Shown here piece after piece: positions 49,016 through 57,848 of a stretch of 64,000 nt of DNA; the stretch's first letter is position 1; the number at the start of each line of letters is the position of its first letter. The DNA is from Bacteriovoracia bacterium (GTDB taxonomy: Bacteria; Bdellovibrionota; UBA1018; CAIPTA01), in NCBI GenBank assembly GCA_050246755.1, contig JBFWVL010000001.1:128001-192000 (forward strand). Direction: 5' to 3'. The notes beneath the pieces were generated by a model. It saw only the letters and a program-made list of their open reading frames with translations. It was not told where the DNA came from and did no database searches. Both the position numbers and the translations under genes were made by a program.

Positions 49016-49134
49016 CCGAATATTCCCCCATTTCGGCCTGCACGGCCGACCCGGCGAGAATCCTAAAAGGATTGAAAAATGAATGCAACAATGTTGCGCC
49101 GCGCCCACTCCAAATACTTCCGGTCACTTCTGGC

Positions 49135-49164
49135 AAAAAGAAAGGGCTCCGCAAGGAGCCCTTT
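49135..49164 (-). terminator. Intrinsic terminator
   Basis: Minus strand AAAGGGCTCC-TTGC-GGAGCCCTTT followed by CTTTTT. Confidence 0.85.
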
Positions 49165-49181
49165 GTGTTTAACCACTTAGG

Positions 49182-49274
49182 TTAATTTCCGCCGGGCGGT
49201 GCGCCCTGCGCGTGCAGACTAGACAGGCGATGCCTCGTTTGGTTCGTCGGTTTTTTCCATGTGCCTATTTTCAT
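49182..49274 (-). CDS. Candidate 30-aa small protein MKIGTWKKPTNQTRHRLSSLHAQGAPPGGN
   Basis: GAGGGGGG RBS before the ATG; fills the gap between the upstream gene and the terminator. Confidence 0.3.
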   Translation of the reverse strand: MKIGTWKKPTNQTRHRLSSLHAQGAPPGGN

Positions 49275-49308
49275 ACGCACCCCCCCTCATCATTAAAGAG
49301 CGAGAAGA

Positions 49309-50571
49309 CTAGATCGCGCCGCGGCGGCCGATTTCTTTAATGCGTGAACGCACCATCGTGAAGATCGAGCCGCTGTCTTCGGTATGAATACCGGCGTTCT
49401 GATCCGTGGTGGCGAGATCGCGCGTGGGCTCGGCACCACCGAGGGTGGAATCGAGCGGGGCGCCGGCATCGAGGCCGAGATCGGCGAGGCTATCGTTGCC
49501 CTTGGACTTCATTCCGAGGAAGGAAGGACGCGAACTGCCGTTGCTATAGCCTTCGAGATCTTCGGACGCTTTGGCGAGCGCGGGAGCCAAGGCCGCAGGA
49601 CCAGCTGCACCCCCTTCTCCGCCGCCACCGGCGCCGAGACTGCCCATGCTGCTGGAGCCAGACGAATTTCTGCCTTCACTGCCGCTACCCGCGGGCGCGC
49701 CGGTGAACATCTCGGGCTTCGCGCTGGAAATGCCGGAGTCAAAGCTCGCGCCGTTGCCGGGATTGAACACGCCGGTTTTCGACTCGGCGGTTTTATCGTC
49801 GGTGCCGCCGATGCCCACTTTATTGCCGGCGAGCTGGTTGCCGCTCAAGCTGGAGCCGGCCACTTTCTCGGGAGTGGTCACGTCGGATTTAGGAGCTTCG
49901 GCCTTAGGCTTCTCTTCTTGCTTGGGCATCTCGGGCATTTTCGGAGGCTCCATGCCTTTGCCGTTTTCGTCGCCCTTTTTTTCGTTCTCCGCCATTTTAG
50001 CGGCTTCCGCGTCTTTTCCGGCGGCAGCTTGCTCGGCGGCGCCGGCAGCTTGCTTACATTTATCCGCAACTTTTTTCGCTTCCGCGGCAGGACCCGAGCC
50101 CACGTCGGATTCGCTACACTTGCTCTCAATTTCGGACGAGCAAGTATTGAGCGGTTCCACTAGTTCGCGAGCGTTGCCCGCCTGAGCCTTGCTTGCATCA
50201 CTTCCGGCAGAGCTTACGCCCGCACCTTTATTCATGCTATTGCGAGCGCTGGCAGCCTTGGCTAAGGCGGCCGCATTGTCTTTAGCGGCCGAAGTACCTT
50301 TCGCCACGATGCCGGCGTCTTTGGCTTTCGCCTTGGCAATAGCTTTTTCTACGGCCTGCTTCTGCTTTTGTACTTCAGTAGAACAGGCACTCATGCATTT
50401 CTGCTTCTGTTCGTCTTTTTCCGCAGCACTGCAATTGGGCTCGCTACCGCCGCCGCCATAAGCGGAGACGATGCTGTCGAGGTAAGGCGAAGCGGAAGCC
50501 TGCGCGCTTGCGAGAGAAACTCCCATAATTGCCATCAAACTAATTTTCGAAATGCTAGAAACCATCCGCAT
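49309..50571 (-). CDS. Secreted low-complexity protein with Cys-patterned helical N-terminus and C-terminal SIFxxV motif
   Basis: Signal peptide; CxxxC and CxxxxxxxC; Gly/Ser/Ala-rich linker; GSIFTMVRSRIKE. Confidence 0.75.
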   Translation of the reverse strand: MRMVSSISKISLMAIMGVSLASAQASASPYLDSIVSAYGGGGSEPNCSAAEKDEQKQKCMSACSTEVQKQKQAVEKAIAKAKAKDAGIVAKGTSAAKDNAAALAKAASARNSMNKGAGVSSAGSDASKAQAGNARELVEPLNTCSSEIESKCSESDVGSGPAAEAKKVADKCKQAAGAAEQAAAGKDAEAAKMAENEKKGDENGKGMEPPKMPEMPKQEEKPKAEAPKSDVTTPEKVAGSSLSGNQLAGNKVGIGGTDDKTAESKTGVFNPGNGASFDSGISSAKPEMFTGAPAGSGSEGRNSSGSSSMGSLGAGGGGEGGAAGPAALAPALAKASEDLEGYSNGSSRPSFLGMKSKGNDSLADLGLDAGAPLDSTLGGAEPTRDLATTDQNAGIHTEDSGSIFTMVRSRIKEIGRRGAI

Positions 50572-51883
50572 TTGCTACCCCTTTTCCCCCAATGGAACGG
50601 CCACGAGAGTCGAAACCATAAATCATACGAAACTTTTCCTGGTACTTACGGTGCACCACCTGAAAGATCGAGGAAGCGGCCCGCATCTGCGCGGTATCGC
50701 GATCGGCCAGGGCGGCCTGAATCTCGGGACTCAGCTGATCGCGATCGCCGGCCAAGCTGGTGGCGGCGTCGGGAGCTTTATCTCCGCCGAGGAGATCGGA
50801 CATATCGTCGAGCTCTTTCGAAGAGCTGGAGCGCGAAGCGCTTTTGCCGGCGGTGGAGATAGGATCCACGGGAACCGTGCTCGCGAGATCGCGGCTGAGC
50901 TCATTCATGCCCGCCATCGCCGCATCTTTTTGTTCCTGCGACATATTCTTAGCCGCCGAGAAGGCCATATTCATTTCGTCGGCGGTGAACGCGTTCTTCG
51001 GCGCGTTCATCAGCAACGAACGAGGATCAGCGCCATTCAGCAGCGCATTCGCGAAATCTTCGCGCGGGATTCCGAAGTTTTTCTCGAATTCGTTAAATAC
51101 GGAGGCCGCTTTGCCTTCCCGCAGCAACGAAGGGTCGATTTTAATCGGCGTCGTATTGCCGGTTCCGTTTCCGATATTGGATCCCGCCACTTGCACCGGA
51201 GCGGCTTCGGTCAAATTGCCTAAATTAGAGCCGTTGGTGGCGGCTTGCTTGCCGCTTTCTTTACCGGCCATCAGCCCCATTAGGCCTTGAAGCATCTGCA
51301 TCGCCCCTTGGGCCATCGACATCATGGCATCGTTACAGCCGGCCACGGCTTCGGCGCGGGTTGGGCGAAAAAGATCGAAAAGCATTTTGGCTTTGGAGCC
51401 ATTCCCCATGCAGAGGAAAGCATTCTCCGCGGGTTTGGAATAACGATTCCATCCCGTGGGCGACATTTGCGCAGGCCCACTCTCTTGCATGCGGGGTGCG
51501 CTCGGAGCTTGCGGAGCAGAACCGCCGGGCGACATGTTCTGAATGGCTTTCCCGGCGCCTTGCGCGGCACCATCCTGCGCGGCTTTATTCGCGGTAGCTT
51601 CTTTACCGGCGCCATCGCAGCCTTCTTTGCAGCAAGCCATCTGCTGCTTGCCCTTCGCCATGGAGTTAGCACCCTGAGCGGCAGTGGTGGCACCGATCGC
51701 AGAACTTAAAGGACCGGCCATACCTTGCAGACCTTTGGCCGCGGTAAAGGCAGCGCTAGGATCGAGGCCAGCGGCATTCACCGTAGTAGGAGCCATACAA
51801 ATCGCCGTGCTCAGCACGCAAACAGAAGCCGTGCGCGTAAGCGAACGCAGCGAACTAACTATTTGATAACGAAAAGACCCCAT
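50555..51883 (-). CDS. Secreted low-complexity protein with Gly/Met-rich hydrophobic helices and C-terminal SIFxxV motif
   Basis: Signal peptide; MMSMAQGAMQMLQGLMGLMAG; SSIFQVVHRKYQE. Confidence 0.75.
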   Translation of the reverse strand: MGSFRYQIVSSLRSLTRTASVCVLSTAICMAPTTVNAAGLDPSAAFTAAKGLQGMAGPLSSAIGATTAAQGANSMAKGKQQMACCKEGCDGAGKEATANKAAQDGAAQGAGKAIQNMSPGGSAPQAPSAPRMQESGPAQMSPTGWNRYSKPAENAFLCMGNGSKAKMLFDLFRPTRAEAVAGCNDAMMSMAQGAMQMLQGLMGLMAGKESGKQAATNGSNLGNLTEAAPVQVAGSNIGNGTGNTTPIKIDPSLLREGKAASVFNEFEKNFGIPREDFANALLNGADPRSLLMNAPKNAFTADEMNMAFSAAKNMSQEQKDAAMAGMNELSRDLASTVPVDPISTAGKSASRSSSSKELDDMSDLLGGDKAPDAATSLAGDRDQLSPEIQAALADRDTAQMRAASSIFQVVHRKYQEKFRMIYGFDSRGRSIGGKGVANADGF

Positions 51884-52142
51884 ACAGATTCCCCCAAGGA
51901 GGATTGCCCCTCCTTTAATCTTACCTCTTAATCGACTCTTTTATTCAGGAACTTGAATGGGTAATGGAATAGCCAAAGCTTTCGAGTAGTTAAAAGCTGC
52001 GGAGGAAATAGCGGCAGGGAACTTATGAGGAGAAAATTTTTCGAAGCCGTCTCCGCGAAGAGACGGTAGGTGCCGTGAAGCGCACTAGTCGGTTCGCGCG
52101 CCCTAAGTGACCAGCAAAAACAACAATCAAGTAGACCAGCTC

Positions 52143-53295
52143 TTAAACGTCATCCGTATCCGCGCCGGTTTTACGCTCTATCATGCCCTTATCGAAGAGC
52201 AGGAAAGTTTTGATGAAGGGATCGATGGCGCCGTCCAGCACCTCTTCGGCGGAAGAGGTCACTTCGCCGGTGCGGTGATCTTTCACCATCTTATAGGGGT
52301 GCAGCACGTAGGAGCGGATCTGGGACCCCCACTCCACGGCTTTTTTTCCGGCTTCCACGGCGGCCTGCTTGGCGCGCTCTTCCTCTAAATGTTTTTCATA
52401 GAGACGGGCTTTCAGCACCTTCATGGCGGTGGAACGGTTCTTGATCTGCGATCTCTCGTTTTGGCAAACCACCACGAGGCCGGAGGGAAAGTGGGTGATC
52501 CGCACCGCGGAGTCGGTGGTATTCACGCCCTGGCCCCCGGAGCCGCCGGAACGGAATACGTCCACGCGGATATCGGTTTCCTTCACTTCGATTTCTACGT
52601 CGTCGTCTACCTCGGGATACACGTAGGCCGAGGCGAAGCTGGTATGGCGGCGCTTATTGGAATCGAAGGGAGAAATTCTCACGAGGCGGTGCACGCCGGC
52701 TTCGGCGCGCAAGAGCCCGTAGGCATTCAGGCCGGAAACGAGCACGGTGGCGCTCTTGATGCCGGCCTCTTCGCCCTCCGAAACCTCCACGATTTCTTTC
52801 TTAAAACCTTTTTTCTCGCACCAGCGCAGGTACATGCGGAGAAGCATCTTGGCCCAGTCCTGGGATTCGGTGCCGCCGGCGCCGGAATTGATATTAAGGA
52901 AGGCGTTGCGCCCGTCGTTCTCGCCGCTCAGTAGGGTACGGCCCTCCATCTCGTCCACTTTTCCGCGGATCACGTCGATGGAGGAAGAAAGCTCCTGGAG
53001 AAGGGAGGCATCTTTAGGATCTTCTTCGGCAAGTTCCACGAGGGCGAGAGCATCGTCCACGAGGGAGCGGAGGGAACCGTATTCTTTTAAGGTGTCGGAG
53101 ATCTGCGCTTTCTCGCGCTGGATCGCCTGGGCTTTGCGGTTATCGTTCCAAAAAGTGGGATCGGCTTCGCGGGCCTGGATATCGCCTAGGCGGCGTTCTT
53201 TGGTCTCGACGTCAAAGCGACCTCCCGAGAGCCTCTAATTTGCTCTTCTGGGATTCGATCGTTGATTTACAGTCTTTTAAGCTGATCTCTTGCAT
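52143..53295 (-). CDS. prfB: Peptide chain release factor 2 with programmed +1 frameshift
   Basis: ATG at 53295; 27 codons to GGG AGG TCG CTT TGA C (53217-53211); the +1 frame continues DVETKERR and contains SPF and GGQ. Confidence 0.96.
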
Positions 53296-53372
53296 CGGGG
53301 GAATATACTCCCTTTTGCCCTTCCTGCACTAGCCACTTTCCACAAAGGCGGGCCTGGATTAAGGTAGAGCCC

Positions 53373-54467
53373 ATGATCATCCTCACCGGAGCAGCGGGTT
53401 TCATCGGCAGCCATGTGGCAGGGCAGCTAGAGCGCGACCACCGGATGCTGCTCGTAGACAAACCGGAGCATTTTCGCGAGCGGCCTTACCTGCACCTCGA
53501 CGAAGCCGACCTTTCCGACTGGATGCGCGGAAACCATTCCCGTCCTAGCCGCTTCAAGATCGTGGACCGCGCTTATTTTCCCAAAATTCTCGATACGATC
53601 GCCCCCGCGGCTCCGGCCGGAAATCCTCAAGCGAAGGAACACGTGCTGCTTCCTCCCGGCGAAAAAATCGAATGGGTGATCCACCTCGGGGCCTGCACGA
53701 ACACGGGCGAAACCCGCAAAGATTTCCTCGACGAATGGAACGTGGAATACACGAAAAAAATCTGGAACTGGTGCACCGAGCATAAAGTTCCCCTCATCTA
53801 CGCGAGCAGTGGTGCCACCTACGGCAACGGCGAAGCGGGATTTTCAGATTCTTGGGAAACGGCCGAGAAATTAAAGCCCATGAATCCCTACGGGCAATCG
53901 AAGCAAGACTTCGACCTCTGGGCCCACGGCGAAGTGAAGGCCGGGCGTACCCCGCCCCACTGGTACGGCCTGAAGTTTTTCAACGTTTACGGCCCCCAAG
54001 AAGGCCACAAAGGACGCATGGCCTCGGCGGTGCTGCACTCCTTCCGCCAAATCCAGCGCACCGGCGCCTGCAAGCTTTTCAGATCGCATAACGAAGCGGT
54101 GAAAGACGGTGAGCAAAGCCGTGATTTCATCCACGTGCACGATATCGTGAACCTGATCCGTTTCTTTATGCAAAAACTTCCACCCTCGGCCCTCTATAAC
54201 TGTGGCACCGGCAAAGCCCGCACCTTCCGCGATCTCGTGGAAGCGATTTTCGTTTCCCTGGATAAGCCCGTGCAGATCGAGTGGACCGAAACCCCGCCCC
54301 AGTTCCGCAAGGCCTACCAGTATTTCACCGAGGCCGACATGAGCCGCGTGCGAGAGGCGGGCTATAGGTCCAGTTTCATCGCACTCGAAGACGGCGTGGA
54401 CCAATACGTGGAGTGGCTGAAAGAAAACGACACCACTGAAGCCGTGCTGCCTAAGAACTTTCAGTGA
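53373..54467 (+). CDS. rfaD: ADP-L-glycero-D-manno-heptose 6-epimerase
   Basis: TGAAGFIGS, HLGAC, YASSGATYG, YGQSK and FFNVYGP.E.HKGRMAS motifs. Confidence 0.92.
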   Translation: MIILTGAAGFIGSHVAGQLERDHRMLLVDKPEHFRERPYLHLDEADLSDWMRGNHSRPSRFKIVDRAYFPKILDTIAPAAPAGNPQAKEHVLLPPGEKIEWVIHLGACTNTGETRKDFLDEWNVEYTKKIWNWCTEHKVPLIYASSGATYGNGEAGFSDSWETAEKLKPMNPYGQSKQDFDLWAHGEVKAGRTPPHWYGLKFFNVYGPQEGHKGRMASAVLHSFRQIQRTGACKLFRSHNEAVKDGEQSRDFIHVHDIVNLIRFFMQKLPPSALYNCGTGKARTFRDLVEAIFVSLDKPVQIEWTETPPQFRKAYQYFTEADMSRVREAGYRSSFIALEDGVDQYVEWLKENDTTEAVLPKNFQ

Positions 54468-54563
54468 GCCTTTACTCGGCGCGTTGGATTTATACCATTT
54501 AGTGGGCCGCGAGAATTCCTTGAACTCAGGCCCGATTTCGCATAAGTTTTCCGAAGTTTCAGG

Positions 54564-54639
54564 GGGCGCTTAGCTCAGTTGGTAGAGCACCTGCTTTGCA
54601 AGCAGGGGGCCATCGGTTCGATCCCGTTAGCGTCCACCA
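54564..54639 (+). tRNA. tRNA-Ala (anticodon TGC)
   Basis: 76-nt cloverleaf GGGCGCT...AGCGTCC-ACCA with G3-U70, anticodon loop TTTGCAA and GGTTCGATCC T-arm. Confidence 0.96.
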
Positions 54640-54642
54640 TTA

Positions 54643-54687
54643 AAAAATCCGACCTAGCTTTTGGCTGAGTCGGATTTTTTATTTTTG
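54643..54687 (+). terminator. Intrinsic terminator after the tRNA
   Basis: AAAAAATCCGAC...GTCGGATTTTTT followed by ATTTTT. Confidence 0.8.
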
Positions 54688-54720
54688 TCCCTAGAGAATC
54701 AAGCATGGTAGGGAAATCCC

Positions 54721-55737
54721 ATGACGCAAAATCTTCCAATCCTAGAGTTTCTCTTAAAAAATTATAAAAATTTCAATTCGCGGGCCACGCGCGACGCCAC
54801 CCTCGCTTACTGGAAACATATCGAAGGCGGCGGGAAGATGTATTGGTCGGTAGCGGGCGCCATGTCTTCGGCCCAGCTGGGGATCACCCTCGCTCCTGCC
54901 ATCCGCGCCGGATTGATCCACGGCCTCTCCGTTACGGGCGCCAACTTAGAAGAGTCGCTTTTCCGCCTGGTGGCGCACCATAGCTATAAAGACTTCCCCG
55001 AATACCGCTACATGACCAAAGAGGACGATACCAAAATCCTCGAGCAGCGCATGCGCCGGGTAACCGACACGAGCATTCCCGAAGACGAAGCGTTCCGCGC
55101 CGTGGAAAAATATATCGTGCCGATGTGGACCGAAGCCTCCACGAAGGGCACGCGCCGCTTCTGGCACGAGTATTTTTACGAGGTGATCCAGAAAATCGAT
55201 TCCAAGATCTTCGAAGGCAATCCGGATGAATGCTGGCTGCTCGCCGCGGCCAAGGCCAAACTCCCCCTCGTGGTGCCCGGCTATGAAGATTCCACCTTCG
55301 GCAATATTTTTGCGTCGTACGTGAAAACGGGCGAATGCCAAGCCTCGGTGGCCAAATCCGGCATCGAGTACATGGGCCAGCTCTACGACGATTATCGCGA
55401 GATGAGCTCCGGCAAGGGCGTTGGATTCTTCCAAATCGGGGGCGGCATCGCGGGCGACTTCCCCATCTGCGTGGTGCCCTCGATCAAATACGATCTCAGC
55501 CAACCCGTGAAGCCTTGGGCTTACTTCTGCCAGATTTCGGATTCCACCACTTCGTATGGTTCCTACTCCGGCGCCACGCCGAATGAAAAAATAACCTGGG
55601 ATAAACTCACCCAGAACACCCCCATGTTCGTGGTGGAATCGGATGCCACCATTGTGGTGCCCTTGATGCTGAGCGCATTGCTGGAAGCCAAACAGAATCC
55701 GCAAGGAGCTAACGCGCTGATCGCGAAATTGAAGTAA
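54721..55737 (+). CDS. Deoxyhypusine synthase-like protein
   Basis: AGAMSSA, TGANLEE, IGGGIAGDF and GSYSGATPNEKITWDK motifs. Confidence 0.9.
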   Translation: MTQNLPILEFLLKNYKNFNSRATRDATLAYWKHIEGGGKMYWSVAGAMSSAQLGITLAPAIRAGLIHGLSVTGANLEESLFRLVAHHSYKDFPEYRYMTKEDDTKILEQRMRRVTDTSIPEDEAFRAVEKYIVPMWTEASTKGTRRFWHEYFYEVIQKIDSKIFEGNPDECWLLAAAKAKLPLVVPGYEDSTFGNIFASYVKTGECQASVAKSGIEYMGQLYDDYREMSSGKGVGFFQIGGGIAGDFPICVVPSIKYDLSQPVKPWAYFCQISDSTTSYGSYSGATPNEKITWDKLTQNTPMFVVESDATIVVPLMLSALLEAKQNPQGANALIAKLK

Positions 55738-55753
55738 TTCTAGCTAGCCAGAC

Positions 55754-56206
55754 CTAATCGCATTTATAGCTGGCGTCACCCGGAATCTTCGCTTCGTAGG
55801 CCTTTAGCTGGGGCTGAAACCCTTCGAGCTGCTGCACGCATTCCTTCATCTCGAGCAGTCGCGCCCCGGGCAGGGCTTTTTCCACGTCGGCCTTCGTGGC
55901 TTTGATTTTTTCGCGGAAGTCTTTGGCGAGCGTAGCTAAGCCCACCTGCGAGGAACGCATATTGGTGATCGCCGCGGGATTCTCTTTGTGGGTTTGGTAA
56001 TAGATGCAGGCACTGCGGAAATCTACCTCCCCTTTATTCACCTTCGCGGCCAAACCGGGAAGATCCGCGTGGTTTCGCGCGATCTTGGTCACGATCGGCG
56101 AAACTCCCACGAGTTTGGAGCAAGGCCGTCCGTCGACGCCCGCAAAGCAAAACGTGGGGATAAGAATTAGAAAAGAGAGTACGAAAGACTTTGCCGTTGG
56201 GATCAT
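55754..56206 (-). CDS. Secreted helical hypothetical protein
   Basis: GGAGG RBS; signal peptide; 4 Cys in the mature part. Confidence 0.7.
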   Translation of the reverse strand: MIPTAKSFVLSFLILIPTFCFAGVDGRPCSKLVGVSPIVTKIARNHADLPGLAAKVNKGEVDFRSACIYYQTHKENPAAITNMRSSQVGLATLAKDFREKIKATKADVEKALPGARLLEMKECVQQLEGFQPQLKAYEAKIPGDASYKCD

Positions 56207-56230
56207 GGGCCACCTCCGAGGAATTGTACC

Positions 56231-56662
56231 CTAATCCACCGAAAAAATAACCCGCACTCCGGGATCGCGAACGGCCCCGCTCACGTAACCGATCCCGCCC
56301 TTATTTTCGCGCACGTACTGCAAGATTTCCTTCTCGCTACTTAGGGCGCGGGGAGGAGTTCCGGCACCGGTAAAGATCGTAGTGGACCAGTAGAGCTTCA
56401 TATCCATGTCGGATTTTTCGAAAAATTTCTTATAAAAAAGGTTCCGCACGGCATCGCCTTCGGGCAGATCCACCGGCTTGGCGGTAAGCCCTTCCGCGAA
56501 TTGGCGGATTTTTCCCAGAAAAATATTCTTCACCCGCTCCTGATCGAGCGAGACGGAATTTTCGGCATTCACGATCACGTCGATCCGCGCGTGGGCCTGA
56601 GCCGCAGCCAGAAAAATTCCCGCCAGCAACAGAGAGAAAAAACTTCTTTTAATGATAGGCAA
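56231..56662 (-). CDS. Small periplasmic binding-protein-like protein (phosphate-ABC SBP-like single lobe)
   Basis: VIVNAEN, IFLGK, YW...IFTG.G.PP and GGIGYV motifs. Confidence 0.85.
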   Translation of the reverse strand: MPIIKRSFFSLLLAGIFLAAAQAHARIDVIVNAENSVSLDQERVKNIFLGKIRQFAEGLTAKPVDLPEGDAVRNLFYKKFFEKSDMDMKLYWSTTIFTGAGTPPRALSSEKEILQYVRENKGGIGYVSGAVRDPGVRVIFSVD

Positions 56663-56677
56663 GCTTCCCTCTTTTCC

Positions 56678-57772
56678 CTAAAAAACGAAATCCGCCGAAG
56701 CGGTTACGGTGTTTACGCGATAGTTGAGGCTATTATCCACGAAGCGGAAGCCGGTGCGCATGAATTCGGCTTTCAATACGGTGGAGAGGCCGAGACGGAA
56801 GTTCAAGCCCCCGCTGTAGGCATACGTGCTCGTCAAATAGGTTCTGGGCGTAGGTACGGCCACGCTCGGATGCCCACTCATGGTGGCAGAGATGGAATCG
56901 CGCCAGGCGCCGGAAATATAGGGCGTGAATACCGGAGTTACGTGATAACCAAATGTTGTGTATCCAGCGGTGGTGGAATCCAGGATCCCGCTGTTACCGA
57001 GCGCGCGGATGCCCTCGGCGATCACCAAAAATTTACTGGAATCGTAGCTCGCCCCGGCGGTGAATACCTGCAAAAACTTCAAATCGGAGGACGGAAGCGA
57101 GGGGCTGAAATAAACTTTCGAATGGTTGGAAGAATTATAGTGAAGGTGGAATTTAAAATCATTTACCGTGAGGGTGGCCGCCGCCCCCTTCAGGGCGTTG
57201 GCCGAGGTGGTGATATCGCTCGGCGCTCCCCCCGCGCTGAGGCCGGGGAGCACTAGCTCGCCGCCGCCGGCGAATGCCTGAACCACGAGCTGGGCCTTGC
57301 CGAAAAATACGGTATAAAGAGCCGAAACCCCGTTCACCGATTTTACCGGAAACGTTCCGTAAACCTGGTGCGGGAGGCGGGCCCAGATATAGGTATAGCC
57401 GACATCTGTTTGCTCGGAAAAAATAAACGCGGGAATAATTTGCCGCCCCATCCGGAAAGACCAATGCTCGGTGGCCCGGTAAGTAAGGAATAGCCAGTCG
57501 GCCCGGAGGTTATAATATCCGCCGCCGGCGCCGCGGGCCACGATCTGGCTGGCGAAGCTCAGCTTTTCGCCCAGCTCTGAGCTTAGGTTGAGCCCGAGCC
57601 GGCTTTCTTCGTCGAAGCCTATCGTTTTCCCCCGGTTGCCAATGCTATTTACGGCGTAATCGCTATTGCTCTGGGAGGTTACTAAGTCCCCGAACCCGTG
57701 AATATTGATTTCCGCCTTGGCGGGAGAGGCGAAGAAAATTAAAGCCAAAAAAACGAATAGATTGGATTTCAT
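56678..57772 (-). CDS. Outer-membrane porin
   Basis: Signal peptide; IHGFG, SRLGLNL, WLFLTY and VGYTYIWARLP; C-terminal DFVF. Confidence 0.85.
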   Translation of the reverse strand: MKSNLFVFLALIFFASPAKAEINIHGFGDLVTSQSNSDYAVNSIGNRGKTIGFDEESRLGLNLSSELGEKLSFASQIVARGAGGGYYNLRADWLFLTYRATEHWSFRMGRQIIPAFIFSEQTDVGYTYIWARLPHQVYGTFPVKSVNGVSALYTVFFGKAQLVVQAFAGGGELVLPGLSAGGAPSDITTSANALKGAAATLTVNDFKFHLHYNSSNHSKVYFSPSLPSSDLKFLQVFTAGASYDSSKFLVIAEGIRALGNSGILDSTTAGYTTFGYHVTPVFTPYISGAWRDSISATMSGHPSVAVPTPRTYLTSTYAYSGGLNFRLGLSTVLKAEFMRTGFRFVDNSLNYRVNTVTASADFVF

Positions 57773-57848
57773 AAAGGCGGCTCTCCATTTAGCCATTTCA
57801 ACCAGGCCTTTAGCATCTCAATGAGCACGGCATTATGTAAATGATCAA

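Noticed and set aside
52100-52142. Imperfect direct repeat AAGT(A)GACCAGC downstream of prfB
   Set aside because: Only two short imperfect copies, with no supporting structure.
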